In this document: positions 37,799 through 47,916 of the stretch, piece by piece
Layout: each line of letters opens with the position of its first letter
How positions within the stretch are numbered: position 1 is the first letter of the stretch
Source of the DNA: Candidatus Krumholzibacteriota bacterium
Lineage (GTDB): Bacteria > Krumholzibacteriota > Krumholzibacteriia > JAJRXK01
Assembly (NCBI GenBank): GCA_963727455.1
Contig: CAVSGG010000005.1
Coordinates: 352,001 to 416,000 of the forward strand
DNA length: 64,000 nucleotides
Direction of reading: 5' to 3'
Translations under genes and position numbers: made by a program
The notes under the pieces: generated by a model
Told to the model about the DNA's origin: nothing
What the model saw: the letters and a program-made list of their open reading frames with translations, nothing else
Database searches by the model: none

Positions 37799-39469
37799 AT
37801 GGCTGATCGAAAACAGGTTCACGCGCCGCGGGGGACGAAACTCCATTGCAAGGGTTGGGTCCAGGAAGCGGCGTGGAGGATGATCCAACACAATCTCGAC
37901 CCCGAGGTCGCGGAAATCCCCGACGAGCTGGTCGTCTACGGAGGACGCGGCAAGGCGGCGCGGAACTGGCAGGCTTTTGACGCCATTCTGCGCGAATTGG
38001 AGCGACTGGAGGAGAACCAGACGCTGCTGGTGCAGAGCGGGAAGCCGGTTGCCGTGGTTCGAAGCCATCCCGATGCCCCGCGGGTGCTCATTGCGAACTC
38101 GAATCTCGTGCCCCGGTGGGCGACCTGGGAGCACTTCGATGAGCTCGACAAAAAGGGCCTCATCATGTACGGCCAAATGACGGCAGGTTCCTGGATCTAC
38201 ATCGGCACGCAAGGGATTCTCCAGGGGACTTACGAGACACTGGCGTCTTTGGCCCGTACTCAGGGTTGGGGAGACCTGCGCGGCAAAATCGTTCTCACTG
38301 GTGGTCTCGGTGGAATGGGAGGCGCTCAGCCTCTGGCCGTGACCATGAACAACGGAGTCGCCCTCTGCGTGGAGGTGGATCCCCAGCGCATTTCCCGGCG
38401 GCTCGAGACGCGCTACGTCATGGACTCCACCACGCAACTCGAGGTGGCGCTCCAGCGCTGCCGGGTCGCAGCGGGAGAGGGGCGTCCTTACTCGGTGGCT
38501 CTGCTGGGCAACTGCGCGGACGTGGTGCCGGAAATTTTGCGCCGCGGCGAAGCGGTGGACGTGGCAACCGATCAGACTTCCGCTCACGATCCCACCGTAG
38601 GTTACGTTCCCAACCGAATGACTCTCGCCGAGGCCTTGACGCTACGCGAGAAGGACGTGGAGAAATATCGCCGCGAAGCCATGCGCTCGATGCGAGAGCA
38701 CTGCGAGGCCATGGTGGGCTTGCAGAGGAGCGGGAGCATCGTCTTTGATTACGGGAACAACCTGCGCGGTATGGCCAAGGACGCGGGCTTTCGCGAGGCA
38801 TTTTCCTATCCCGGATTCGTTCCCGCCTATATCCGTCCTCTCTTCTGTGAAGGCAAGGGACCCTTCCGCTGGGTGGCGCTCTCCGGTGAAGCCAGCGATA
38901 TCCACGAGACGGATCGCGTCATCGTCGAGCTTTTCGGCGAGGAGGAACCGCACCTCAAGCGTTGGATCGAGCTCGCTTCCCAGCAGGTCGCGTTCCAGGG
39001 TCTGCCCTCGCGCATTTGCTGGCTGGGGTACGGTCAGAGGGCGCGCGCTGGATTGGCGTTCAACGAACTCGTACGCACAGGCAAGGTGAAGGCTCCCATC
39101 GTGATCGGTCGAGATCATCTCGATAGTGGCAGCGTCGCCTCTCCCTACCGGGAAACCGAAGCAATGAAAGACGGAAGCGACGCGGTGGCGGACTGGCCAC
39201 TCCTCAACGCGCTGATCAACGCGGTGAATGGTGCCTCCTGGGTCAGCATTCATCACGGAGGCGGGGTGGGAATGGGCCTGGCGATTCACGCAGGACAGGT
39301 GATCGTGGCCGACGGCACCGAGGCCGCGGCCGCGCGGCTCGAACGCGTTTTGACGAGTGATCCGCTGATGGGGGTCGCACGGCACTACGACGCGGGCTAC
39401 GAGAAGGCGGCCTCCTTCGCCCAAGAAGCTGGAATCACCTTCCCCATGCCTCCCCCGCAGGACGGTTGA
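37799..39469 (+). CDS. hutU: Urocanate hydratase
   Basis: [55 protein letters not shown]. Confidence 0.98.
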   Translation: MADRKQVHAPRGTKLHCKGWVQEAAWRMIQHNLDPEVAEIPDELVVYGGRGKAARNWQAFDAILRELERLEENQTLLVQSGKPVAVVRSHPDAPRVLIANSNLVPRWATWEHFDELDKKGLIMYGQMTAGSWIYIGTQGILQGTYETLASLARTQGWGDLRGKIVLTGGLGGMGGAQPLAVTMNNGVALCVEVDPQRISRRLETRYVMDSTTQLEVALQRCRVAAGEGRPYSVALLGNCADVVPEILRRGEAVDVATDQTSAHDPTVGYVPNRMTLAEALTLREKDVEKYRREAMRSMREHCEAMVGLQRSGSIVFDYGNNLRGMAKDAGFREAFSYPGFVPAYIRPLFCEGKGPFRWVALSGEASDIHETDRVIVELFGEEEPHLKRWIELASQQVAFQGLPSRICWLGYGQRARAGLAFNELVRTGKVKAPIVIGRDHLDSGSVASPYRETEAMKDGSDAVADWPLLNALINAVNGASWVSIHHGGGVGMGLAIHAGQVIVADGTEAAAARLERVLTSDPLMGVARHYDAGYEKAASFAQEAGITFPMPPPQDG

Positions 39470-39473
39470 TCCC

Positions 39474-40751
39474 GTGAGCAGGAAAGTCCTGGCCGATTTT
39501 CTGGTGGACGGGATTGGGCGTCTCTACACCTGTCACAGACCGGGGGACGAAAAAGGTCCCCGCCGTGGTGAGGCGCTAAGGGACGTGGGTTTGATCGAGA
39601 ACGCGGCGGTGGCGGCCTACCAGGGCGAAATCGTGGCGCTTGGATCCTCCGATACAGTGCGGGCCGCGATTCAAGTTTTGCCAGGCGCGGAGAGCATCGA
39701 TGCGCAGGGACGCGCGGTCGTCCCCGGTTTCGTGGACGCGCATACCCATGCCGTGTTTGGAAAGGCGCGACCGGACGAGTTCGGCCGGCGCCTGGTCGGA
39801 GAGAGCTACCAATCCATCGCGGAGAGTGGGGGCGGAATCCGGGCGAGCGTCCGCGATTTTCGACAGCGCAAGGAGGAAGAACTCGTCGCCTTGACTCGCT
39901 CGAGACTCAAGGAGTGTCTTTGCAACGGCAGCACTACGGTCGAAGTGAAGAGCGGCTACGGACTCGAACTGGAATCCGAGTTGAAAGCCCTCCGGGTGGT
40001 GCGGACTTTGAAGGGAGAGCTGGGGCTGCCGCGACTCGTGGCCACTTGCCTCGCGGCGCACGAGTTTCCCGACGAATACCGCGAGCGACCTGAGGAGTAC
40101 CTCGACTTGGTCTGCGAGACGATTCTTCCCGAAGTTGCCCGGCAAAAACTGGCGGAGAGAGTCGACGTCTTTTGCGAGCCTGGGGTGTACTCGCGCGAGC
40201 AAGCTCATCGGGTCCTGACAAAAGGACAGAGCCTGGGACTGGCAGCCTGCATTCACGCGGACGAGCTGGAAGCGGGCGGAGGCACGGAGCTGGCGGTAGA
40301 AATCAAAGCGCTGAGCGCGGACCATTTGGGCGCGATTTCGAAGGCGGGAATCCAGGCCCTGGCCGAGAGTGGCACGGTGGGGGTCCTGCTCCCGGGCACG
40401 ATTTTCAGCCTGGGGCTGGATGAGTTTGCGCCAGCAAGGGAAATGATCGAGGCAGGTGCTGCCCTGGCCCTGGCTACCGACTTCAATCCCGGCTCCAATT
40501 ACTGTTCCTCCATCCCGATTAGTCTCACCATCGCCTGTACTCGCATGCACTTAGATCCCCGCGAGGGCCTCCTCATGGCCACGCTCAACGCCGCTTGGGC
40601 TCTGGGACGGGCGGCCTCGGTGGGGAGTTTGGCTCCTTCGAAACACTGTGATCTGCTGGTTTTGGAAGGGGATTCGCTGGATGAGATGGTGCAGCACCTC
40701 GGGGGAAGAGCGATCGAGCGTGTGGTCCTGGATGGCAGGACCGTCTCCTGA
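39474..40751 (+). CDS. hutI: Imidazolonepropionase
   Basis: DAHTH, EVKSGYGL, AHE, DVFCE, HADEL, SADHL, ATDFNPG. Directly after hutU. Confidence 0.95.
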   Translation: MSRKVLADFLVDGIGRLYTCHRPGDEKGPRRGEALRDVGLIENAAVAAYQGEIVALGSSDTVRAAIQVLPGAESIDAQGRAVVPGFVDAHTHAVFGKARPDEFGRRLVGESYQSIAESGGGIRASVRDFRQRKEEELVALTRSRLKECLCNGSTTVEVKSGYGLELESELKALRVVRTLKGELGLPRLVATCLAAHEFPDEYRERPEEYLDLVCETILPEVARQKLAERVDVFCEPGVYSREQAHRVLTKGQSLGLAACIHADELEAGGGTELAVEIKALSADHLGAISKAGIQALAESGTVGVLLPGTIFSLGLDEFAPAREMIEAGAALALATDFNPGSNYCSSIPISLTIACTRMHLDPREGLLMATLNAAWALGRAASVGSLAPSKHCDLLVLEGDSLDEMVQHLGGRAIERVVLDGRTVS

Positions 40752-41017
40752 AGCGGACTCAGCGCTCTCATTACCCTGGATGGTCAAGGACTTGCTAAGG
40801 GCTCCTTGGGACACCGGTTTCGGGATCTAGGGAGCCCTAGACTCCCGGTCAAAGTGCCATTCCCCGGCGCGTGGCGTGCTCCTGCTTGCAGGGAGCCCGC
40901 GCTCTGGGCGGGAATTCGCGCAGAACGCAAGAACTCGGGAAGGGATCGCCGTTTCGTGGACTCCTCCCCTCATCGACACCTCAGCCGGAATCGGGTCCTC
41001 GTCCCTCGGGAGGATGT

Positions 41018-42376
41018 GTGAGCAAGATCACCGATCTCAGGCGTAAGGCCACAGAAGCGAGCCGTACCCGGGACTGGGACAGCGCGGTAAAGCTCTACGA
41101 ACGAATCTGTGATCTCGAGGGCACGAATCCGGGCTATCGGAACGAGCTGGGAGACGTCTTTGCCAAGATGGGCGACGTTCCACAAGCGATCGTCCACTTC
41201 AACAAGGCCGTCGAACTCTACAACGCGGTGGGATTGAACAACAACGCAGTCGCGGTCCTGAAGAAGATCCTGCGCTACGACCCTCAGAACATGGACAGCT
41301 ACTGGATGTTGGGCGAGACCCGCCGCAAGCAGGGCCTGGGCGCGGAGGCCGGCAGTTATTATTTGCATTTCCTCGATTGCTACGAGGAAGTGAGCGACCA
41401 ATCTCGGGAGCGCTTTCTCGACCGCTGCGCCATGTTGCTCGACGTTGCATCCAGCGATCTCGATATTTTAGGGAAGCTCGACCAGCTCTACGAAAAATGG
41501 GAACGTCCGGTAGAACGGGCGCGCGTCTACGTCTGCAAGGCGAAGCTAGCGCAGGAATCCGGCGAGAGCGACATCGTGGAACGTTACCTGGAGCGTGCAC
41601 GTTCCATGACCGGCGAACTCAACAGCATCCCGGAATATATGGAGTATTTCGAGACTGCTTCCAAGGACGACGATTCTGCTGACGTGTCCGCGGGCGAGAT
41701 CGAAATTCCGGAGGATTCAAAGCTCATCGAGATCGACGACGAGAGCGGCGGACTTGCCGACGATTCGGGCGAATTCAGTTTTCAACTCGATTTCGATCGG
41801 CCGGGAGAGACTACGAAGCTCGATCTTTCCGTGGACCAGGCGAAAGACGAGGAGCAGGGTCAGGACCAGAATCTGGCCATGGAGGGCGTCAACCTGCTCG
41901 AGGAGATTCTCGCCGATGGCGACTTGGATCTCGCAGCTGCGGAGAAGAACCAGATGGATAGCATTCGCCAGGATCTGGAAGGTCAGATCGGCGGTGAGGT
42001 ACAGCCACACGACCATCAGGGTCACTACGAACTGGGTCTCGTATATATGGACATGGGCATGTTCGAGCAGGCCCTGCCCTCCTTCGAACAGGCGGCGGAG
42101 GGCGAGAAGACCAAGCTCAAGGCCCTGGAGATGCAGGGAAATTGTCTGCGCAAACTGGGCCGCGCCGAGGAGGCCTTGGCGGTTTACGAACAGGGCATTG
42201 CCCTGAAGGACACGCAGCCGAGAAATTCACTGGGAATCCTCTATGAATACGCGGCATGTCTCGAGTCGCTGGATCGACTCGAGGAGAGTGTCGAGTACTT
42301 CGAGCGCGTTCTGAGCGTGGACCAGGATTTCCTGGACGCGCAGGAACGTCTTGACGCGCTGCGTTCTCGCCACTGA
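41018..42376 (+). CDS. TPR protein with N- and C-terminal TPR blocks and an acidic linker (SgmX-like)
   Basis: GGAGG RBS before GTG 41018, N-terminal TPRs, D/E-rich middle region and C-terminal HYELGLVYMDMG TPR block. Confidence 0.75.
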   Translation: MSKITDLRRKATEASRTRDWDSAVKLYERICDLEGTNPGYRNELGDVFAKMGDVPQAIVHFNKAVELYNAVGLNNNAVAVLKKILRYDPQNMDSYWMLGETRRKQGLGAEAGSYYLHFLDCYEEVSDQSRERFLDRCAMLLDVASSDLDILGKLDQLYEKWERPVERARVYVCKAKLAQESGESDIVERYLERARSMTGELNSIPEYMEYFETASKDDDSADVSAGEIEIPEDSKLIEIDDESGGLADDSGEFSFQLDFDRPGETTKLDLSVDQAKDEEQGQDQNLAMEGVNLLEEILADGDLDLAAAEKNQMDSIRQDLEGQIGGEVQPHDHQGHYELGLVYMDMGMFEQALPSFEQAAEGEKTKLKALEMQGNCLRKLGRAEEALAVYEQGIALKDTQPRNSLGILYEYAACLESLDRLEESVEYFERVLSVDQDFLDAQERLDALRSRH

Positions 42377-42384
42377 GAGCCCGC

Positions 42385-42563
42385 ACCCCGGTCGTCTCCG
42401 TGGCGGCATCACTGCTGTTCGCTTCCCCATTCCAGCGGACCCTCCGGAACTTCTCCTCCTGCTTCGGGGTTGCTCCTCTCAACGAGGCGTGCAACCATGG
42501 GTCCAGCCTTTGAGACCGAGTTCCTTTGACCGCCTCTGACCCGCTTCCCGGACGAACGCCGTG
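42385..42563. ncRNA. Candidate structured ncRNA (6S-like rod), strand uncertain
   Basis: Intergenic about 185 nt with nested complementary segments GGCGG(CA)TCA/TGACCGCC, GGACCC/GGGTCC and GGTTGC/GCAACC around an unpaired central bubble. Confidence 0.3.
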
Positions 42564-44462
42564 ATTCGGCTCGCTTGTGTCATTCTTTATCTTCTCGTCG
42601 CCGCCTCGGCGAGAGCCCAGCCGTCCGCTTCCAAGGGGACGGCTCCTGCCGACAGCGTGCGGGTGAAAGAGGCCAAAGACTCGGGCCCCATCTTGCCTCC
42701 GTGGGCAGCCCACGCTGCTCTCGGTGAGAGAAACATGGAAGCACTACGCGCCAAAGGCGCGGACGACCTTTTCGAGGCGCTTCCCGGGGCGTCACTTCGC
42801 GTGGCGGGCGACCGGGGATTCCCCGCCTATCTCGACCTCTCACCGGTGGACGGGGGGAGCGTGGAGATTCTGGAAGATGGCATTCCCACTCACAGCCCGG
42901 GCGATCTCGATCCCGGGCTGTGGGACATCTCCGCCACCGGGCTGGGTTACGTGGATCGTCGCGCCTCGGAAGGGGCTCAAGCTCTGGGAGGGAGCGCCAT
43001 GCTCCTGGAACGCGACCCAGCCGTGTGGGGGCGCACCCTGGCGCGCACTCACTTTCACAAGGCGGCGCACGAAAGCTATCTGAGAGGGATCTCCCTCACC
43101 ACCCCCCGGGCCCCCAAGATGCTCCGTCTGGACTACGAGGAATGGAAGACGGATCTGGGCTACCAGTTCAGCATCGATCCCAATCTCAGGCTCTCCTCCG
43201 GCTTCGGTCGCTCGAAGATGCGCCGCTTCATGCTCTCCACTCAGATCGAGACCGAGTTGGGACGCTGGAGTTTTGGCTTCGGCCGGGGGCGCCGGTATTA
43301 CGACGGAAGTGTGTTGCGCGCGGGAAGTGTCGAGCGATGGACGGGACAGCTTTGGACCGGTTTGGATCGGGAAGACGAACACCACCGGCTCCGTATCCGT
43401 CTGTACCACCGTGATTGGCACGTCGACGACGGCTTGCACGGGGATGAGAGCGATGCATCCCGTCTCGGCTTCAGAGCGGCCTATGATCCCATTCATACCG
43501 GATTCCTTTTGGAAGCAAGCATGGAACGCTGGGCCGCGAGCTTCCGTCAACCGCTCGAAAACTCCTTCCCGGACCCCACCGTGGTGGGACGTGTGCGCGC
43601 GGGTTGGCGTTTTGACCAGGGAACCGGACTTTCCGGCGAGTTCTCGACCGCCCTGGCCTACGCGGAACAAGCGGATACGCCCTGGGGAGTTTGCGGCCTC
43701 GCGCACCTCCAGTACGAAGGGGGTTCGAAGTGGTGGGTCGGAGCACTGTCCGCTCGCCAACTGCGCACTCCCACGCTCTTCGAGACAGCGGGCCGTTCTT
43801 CACAGGACATGCCCGGGGGATTCGTGTTGCAACGGAGCGGTGCGGGTCAACTTCCTTTCGAGATTCACGATCGACTGCGAGGAGAGTTGGGAAGAGAGAT
43901 CGGGCGCGGCCGCTTCGTGGTGGGCTTGGAGCGCTGGTGGTTGCATGACGGGATCGGTTGGACCCCCGAGCAAAAGGCGGCCGTGGATGGCGCCGCGTTC
44001 ACCGTGGGAGGACTGGAGTATTCTATCGACCAACTCACCTTAGCTACCTCGCTACAACTTGGTTCGACCCATCACGGTCTCATGTTGGAAGCGAACGCTC
44101 ATGCGGTCTTGGGGGAATTGCCGCTCGACGAAAGCCGCGGTGCGGGATGGCCGAAGAGGGGCGCTTACTTCACGCTCCGCTGGTGGCACGATCTGCTGAG
44201 CTCCTACGACCAGGCGCGCATCCTCTACCGGGTCGTGTATGCCGGCGATCACTACGACGACTTACTCGCTCCCTTCACTGGCCGGAACCAATTGGTGCAA
44301 TCCTCAACCCGGCAGGACCTGCGCCTAGCCGTCAAACTCAGGGACGCGGAGCTCTACCTGGAGGTCGATAACCTGAGCGATAGCGAACTGGTCGAGGTCA
44401 CCGGCACGCGCAGGCGTGGCCGGGATTTTCTTTGGGGTTTGGTCTGGCCATTCTGGAATTGA
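42561..44462 (+). CDS. Outer-membrane beta-barrel with TonB-plug-like N-domain (putative porin)
   Basis: Signal peptide, plug-like LFEALPG...VEILEDGIP, amphipathic strands and terminal GLVWPFWN. Confidence 0.6.
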   Translation: MIRLACVILYLLVAASARAQPSASKGTAPADSVRVKEAKDSGPILPPWAAHAALGERNMEALRAKGADDLFEALPGASLRVAGDRGFPAYLDLSPVDGGSVEILEDGIPTHSPGDLDPGLWDISATGLGYVDRRASEGAQALGGSAMLLERDPAVWGRTLARTHFHKAAHESYLRGISLTTPRAPKMLRLDYEEWKTDLGYQFSIDPNLRLSSGFGRSKMRRFMLSTQIETELGRWSFGFGRGRRYYDGSVLRAGSVERWTGQLWTGLDREDEHHRLRIRLYHRDWHVDDGLHGDESDASRLGFRAAYDPIHTGFLLEASMERWAASFRQPLENSFPDPTVVGRVRAGWRFDQGTGLSGEFSTALAYAEQADTPWGVCGLAHLQYEGGSKWWVGALSARQLRTPTLFETAGRSSQDMPGGFVLQRSGAGQLPFEIHDRLRGELGREIGRGRFVVGLERWWLHDGIGWTPEQKAAVDGAAFTVGGLEYSIDQLTLATSLQLGSTHHGLMLEANAHAVLGELPLDESRGAGWPKRGAYFTLRWWHDLLSSYDQARILYRVVYAGDHYDDLLAPFTGRNQLVQSSTRQDLRLAVKLRDAELYLEVDNLSDSELVEVTGTRRRGRDFLWGLVWPFWN

Positions 44463-44494
44463 ACCTACTCGCCTTCCATTGAGGAAACTTTTTC

Positions 44495-44884
44495 GTGTGG
44501 CGACAGGCGGCGATCCTGATTCTCCTCTTTCTGATTGGGTGGGGAGGACAGATTCTCTCGCGTCGACCCCCGGCATGGGTTCGCAAAGATCCCATCGTGC
44601 ATCCCTTCGGGCTAGATACCTCGCGGGCAGAAGAGGAAAGCGTGGCGACGGCAACGCCCGACTCTGGTCCACCCTTGGTCACTCCCAGTTCCCCACTGGA
44701 CATTAATCGGGCAACCGAATTCGAACTCACCGCGCTGCCCAGGGTGGGACCGGTGATCGCGGGCCGCATCGTGGCCCTCAGAGACTCGCTCAAAGGCTTC
44801 GAGCGCCCCGAAGAGCTGTTGGGGGTAAAGGGAGTCGGCGAGCGCACCTTGGCCCGGCTGCGGCCCCTTCTCCGCTTCCATTGA
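44495..44884 (+). CDS. comEA: ComEA-family helix-hairpin-helix DNA-binding protein
   Basis: N-terminal TM and LDINRAT..EL..LPRVGP..A.RIV..R...F...EELL.VKGVG. Confidence 0.9.
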   Translation: MWRQAAILILLFLIGWGGQILSRRPPAWVRKDPIVHPFGLDTSRAEEESVATATPDSGPPLVTPSSPLDINRATEFELTALPRVGPVIAGRIVALRDSLKGFERPEELLGVKGVGERTLARLRPLLRFH

Positions 44885-45042
44885 GCTTTTGACCGGAGTG
44901 GAGGAATGCGATTGGGCGCAAGCCTTGCAATCTGCCCCCATCGCGGTTGATGGGGGCATTCCCACCGGACGTGGAAGTCTCGACAATCGCCGAAAAGCCC
45001 GTCGCTAGGCTGCTCACGGGGCCAAAGCCCGGAAATGGATCG

Positions 45043-45058
45043 AGGCACGGGCATTGCT
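45043..45058 (+). promoter_or_regulatory. Sigma-54 (-24/-12) promoter upstream of pilB
   Basis: AGGCAC-GGGCA-TTGCT matches TGGCAC-N5-TTGCW with correct GG/GC spacing. Confidence 0.6.
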
Positions 45059-45136
45059 GGTTGCCATGTCTCGAATCGCGGTCCTGCACGCCGGTGGCCG
45101 CATTCTGCAAGTCCTTAGCTCTTCGAGGTCATCGCG

Positions 45137-46813
45137 TTGAAGGACAAAATCGCCGGGAAACTGTTAGAGGCCGACCTGGTCAGTCAGTCTGAACTCCAGA
45201 AAGCCATCCAGGAGCAGGAGAAGCAGGGAGGGTCCCTGGGTGTCAATCTCGTGCGAACGGGTGCGCTCTCCGAGGACGCCTACGCCAACTTTCTGGGGAA
45301 AATGTACGACCTGCCCATCGTCAGTCTCGAAGGTCAAGACATCGAGGCGGAGGTCACGGCGCTCATTCCCGCGGACGTAGTAACTCGTTTCCAGGTCATT
45401 CCACTTTCACGGCAGGGCCGCGTACTCAAGGTCGCGATGTCGAACCCATCGAACGTGTTCGCCATCGATGACATCAAGTTCATCACTGGGCTGGAAGTGC
45501 AACCGGTCGTTTGCACCGAAAGTGACATTCGGAATGCCATCGATCGCTTTTACGATTCGGCCGATAGTTTGAAAGAAGTCCTCGAGGGTCTCGAGGAAGA
45601 CATCGAGGTCGTGGAGGAGGACGAAGAGGACGATCTCGGTGCGCTGTCTGTCGCTTCCGAAAATGCCCCCGTGGTCAAGTTGGTGAACTCGCTTCTCTCC
45701 GATGCGGTCAAGCGCGGTGCCAGCGATATCCATATCGAATGTTACGAGCGTCAGATGCGGGTACGCTACCGCGTCGACGGTGTGCTGCAAGAGATGATGA
45801 ACCCGCCGCACAAAATGCGCGCCGCCATCATTTCCCGTCTCAAGATCATGTCCGAGCTGGACATCGCCGAGCGCCGCGTACCGCAGGACGGACGCATCAA
45901 ACTGAAGATCGGCGAGAAGAAAGTCGATCTCCGCGTCTCCTCGCTTCCCTGCATCTACGGCGAGAAGATCGTTCTTCGTATTCTCGACAAATCGAATCTC
46001 CAATTCGATCTCGAGGGCTTCGGAATGGAAGGCAACGCCATCCAAAACGTCCTCAAGGCGGTGTCCTCGCCCTACGGTATGGTGCTGGTGACCGGACCGA
46101 CCGGATCGGGGAAGACGACCACTCTCTACTCGTGCCTGAGCCGCCTGAATACTCCAGAAGTGAACATCATGACGGCCGAGGATCCCGTCGAATACAATCT
46201 CGACGGCATCAACCAGGTGGCGGTGCGAGACGAAGTCGGTCTGACCTTCGCCGCGGCGCTCAAAGCCTTTCTCCGTCAGGACCCCAACATCGTGATGGTA
46301 GGGGAGATCCGAGACCTGGAGACGGGCTCGATCGCGGTGAAAGCGGCCCTCACCGGGCACTTGGTGCTGAGTACGCTGCACACCAACGATGCCCCGGCCA
46401 CCATCAACCGTATGATCGACATGGGCATCGAACCCTTCCTCGTGGCCTCCTCCACAAACTTGATCATGGCGCAACGTCTGGTGCGCAGGATCTGCAAACA
46501 CTGTAAGGAGCGCGCGGAGATCAGTTCCGAGGTGCGCGACGATTTGGGAATCGATTCATCGGCCGAGGTCTGCGTGGGCGCGGGTTGCCAGGAGTGCAAC
46601 GACACCGGCTACCGTGGGCGCCAGGGACTCTACGAGGTCATGCCGATCACACCGCGACTTCGGGAGATCGTCCTGGATCGCGGGACGACGACGGAAATCC
46701 GTCAGGCGGCCATCGAGGAGGGTATGCTGACTCTCCGTCGCGATGGACTGCGTCAGGTTGAAAAGGGAGTGACCACGATCGAAGAGGTCCTCCGTGAAAC
46801 CGCGGAAATGTAA
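45137..46813 (+). CDS. pilB: Type IVa pilus extension ATPase
   Basis: MshEN-like N-terminus, ASDIHIE, GPTGSGKTTTLY, RQDPN..MVGEIRD, STLHTND and tetracysteine motif. Confidence 0.97.
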   Translation: MKDKIAGKLLEADLVSQSELQKAIQEQEKQGGSLGVNLVRTGALSEDAYANFLGKMYDLPIVSLEGQDIEAEVTALIPADVVTRFQVIPLSRQGRVLKVAMSNPSNVFAIDDIKFITGLEVQPVVCTESDIRNAIDRFYDSADSLKEVLEGLEEDIEVVEEDEEDDLGALSVASENAPVVKLVNSLLSDAVKRGASDIHIECYERQMRVRYRVDGVLQEMMNPPHKMRAAIISRLKIMSELDIAERRVPQDGRIKLKIGEKKVDLRVSSLPCIYGEKIVLRILDKSNLQFDLEGFGMEGNAIQNVLKAVSSPYGMVLVTGPTGSGKTTTLYSCLSRLNTPEVNIMTAEDPVEYNLDGINQVAVRDEVGLTFAAALKAFLRQDPNIVMVGEIRDLETGSIAVKAALTGHLVLSTLHTNDAPATINRMIDMGIEPFLVASSTNLIMAQRLVRRICKHCKERAEISSEVRDDLGIDSSAEVCVGAGCQECNDTGYRGRQGLYEVMPITPRLREIVLDRGTTTEIRQAAIEEGMLTLRRDGLRQVEKGVTTIEEVLRETAEM

Positions 46814-46824
46814 CGGAGGATGCC

Positions 46825-47895
46825 ATGATCAGCCTGCGTGAATTGCTCGAAGAGATGGTTGCAAAGAACGCCAGTGACTTGCACCTGACGGCGGGACTGC
46901 CGCCGCAATTTCGAATCGATGGGGAAATCGAGAGTTCGAATTTCGAAGTGCTCACCGCCGACGATACGAGGTCCCTGGCCTATTCGGTCCTGAACGACGA
47001 GCAGAAGAAAATCTTCGAGAACGAAAAGGAATTGGACCTGAGTTTCGGCGTTCAGGGCCTGAGTCGCTTTCGCGCCAACGTCTTTTTGCAGCGAGGGGTA
47101 ACCACCACTGCGATTCGTCAGATTCCCTACGAGATCCTGGGATTCGAGAAGCTCGGTCTTCCCAAGGCGGTCAGGCGTTTCGCGGAGCTGCCGCGTGGCC
47201 TCGTATTGGTCACCGGTCCCACCGGTTCCGGCAAGTCCACTACCCTGGCCAGCATCATCGACTACATCAACGAACATCGCGCAAATCACATCCTCACGAT
47301 CGAGGATCCCATCGAGTATGTCCATGCCCACAAGAAGAGCATGGTCAACCAGCGCGAGCTCCATACCGACACCGATTCGTTCCCGAACGCACTGAAATAC
47401 GTCCTGCGTCAGGATCCCGACGTGATCCTGATCGGAGAGATGCGCGATCGGGAGACGATCGCGGCGGCTCTGACCATTGCTGAAACAGGGCACTTGGCGC
47501 TCGCGACGCTGCACACCAATTCGACCTACGAATCGATCAACCGTATCGTGGACGTATTCCCCGAGAACCAGCAGGGCCAAATTCGCGCCCAGCTGGCCTT
47601 CGTCCTCGAGGGCGTCATCACCCAACAGCTGATTCCGCGTCACCGGACGAACGGACGCGCTCTCTGTGCGGAAGTCATGGTCTGTACGCCGGCGATCAAG
47701 GCGCTCATTCGCGATTCCAAGATTCATCAGATCTACGGAATCATGCAGGCGGGGCAAAAATACGGCATGCAGACGATGAACCAGTCTCTCTACCAAGCCT
47801 ATACGAATCGATTGATCAGTTACGACGATGCGCTGAATCGTTCGGCGGACCAGGACGAGCTGCTCAAGATGATTGGCGATACCGTCAAGGTATAA
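46825..47895 (+). CDS. pilT: Type IV pilus retraction ATPase
   Basis: ASDLHL, GPTGSGKSTTLA, RQDPDVILIGEMRD, AETGHL, and an AIRNLIRE-like AIKALIRD. Confidence 0.97.
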   Translation: MISLRELLEEMVAKNASDLHLTAGLPPQFRIDGEIESSNFEVLTADDTRSLAYSVLNDEQKKIFENEKELDLSFGVQGLSRFRANVFLQRGVTTTAIRQIPYEILGFEKLGLPKAVRRFAELPRGLVLVTGPTGSGKSTTLASIIDYINEHRANHILTIEDPIEYVHAHKKSMVNQRELHTDTDSFPNALKYVLRQDPDVILIGEMRDRETIAAALTIAETGHLALATLHTNSTYESINRIVDVFPENQQGQIRAQLAFVLEGVITQQLIPRHRTNGRALCAEVMVCTPAIKALIRDSKIHQIYGIMQAGQKYGMQTMNQSLYQAYTNRLISYDDALNRSADQDELLKMIGDTVKV

Positions 47896-47916
47896 GCCAA
47901 GCCAGGAGGAACGAAC

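Noticed and set aside
37799-40751. Incomplete hut operon (no hutH or hutG/F here) as a novelty
   Set aside because: hut genes are often dispersed, and absence from a 64-kb window is uninformative.
42377-42560. Cobalamin riboswitch or tRNA-Sec upstream of the plug-containing OM protein
   Set aside because: No B12-box/GGGAA core, and no anticodon/T-arm/CCA cloverleaf could be drawn.
44914-44929. Second sigma-54-like motif GGGCGC-AAGCC-TTGCA upstream of pilB
   Set aside because: Weaker match than 45043 and overlaps the candidate enhancer palindrome, so it is not called as a separate promoter.
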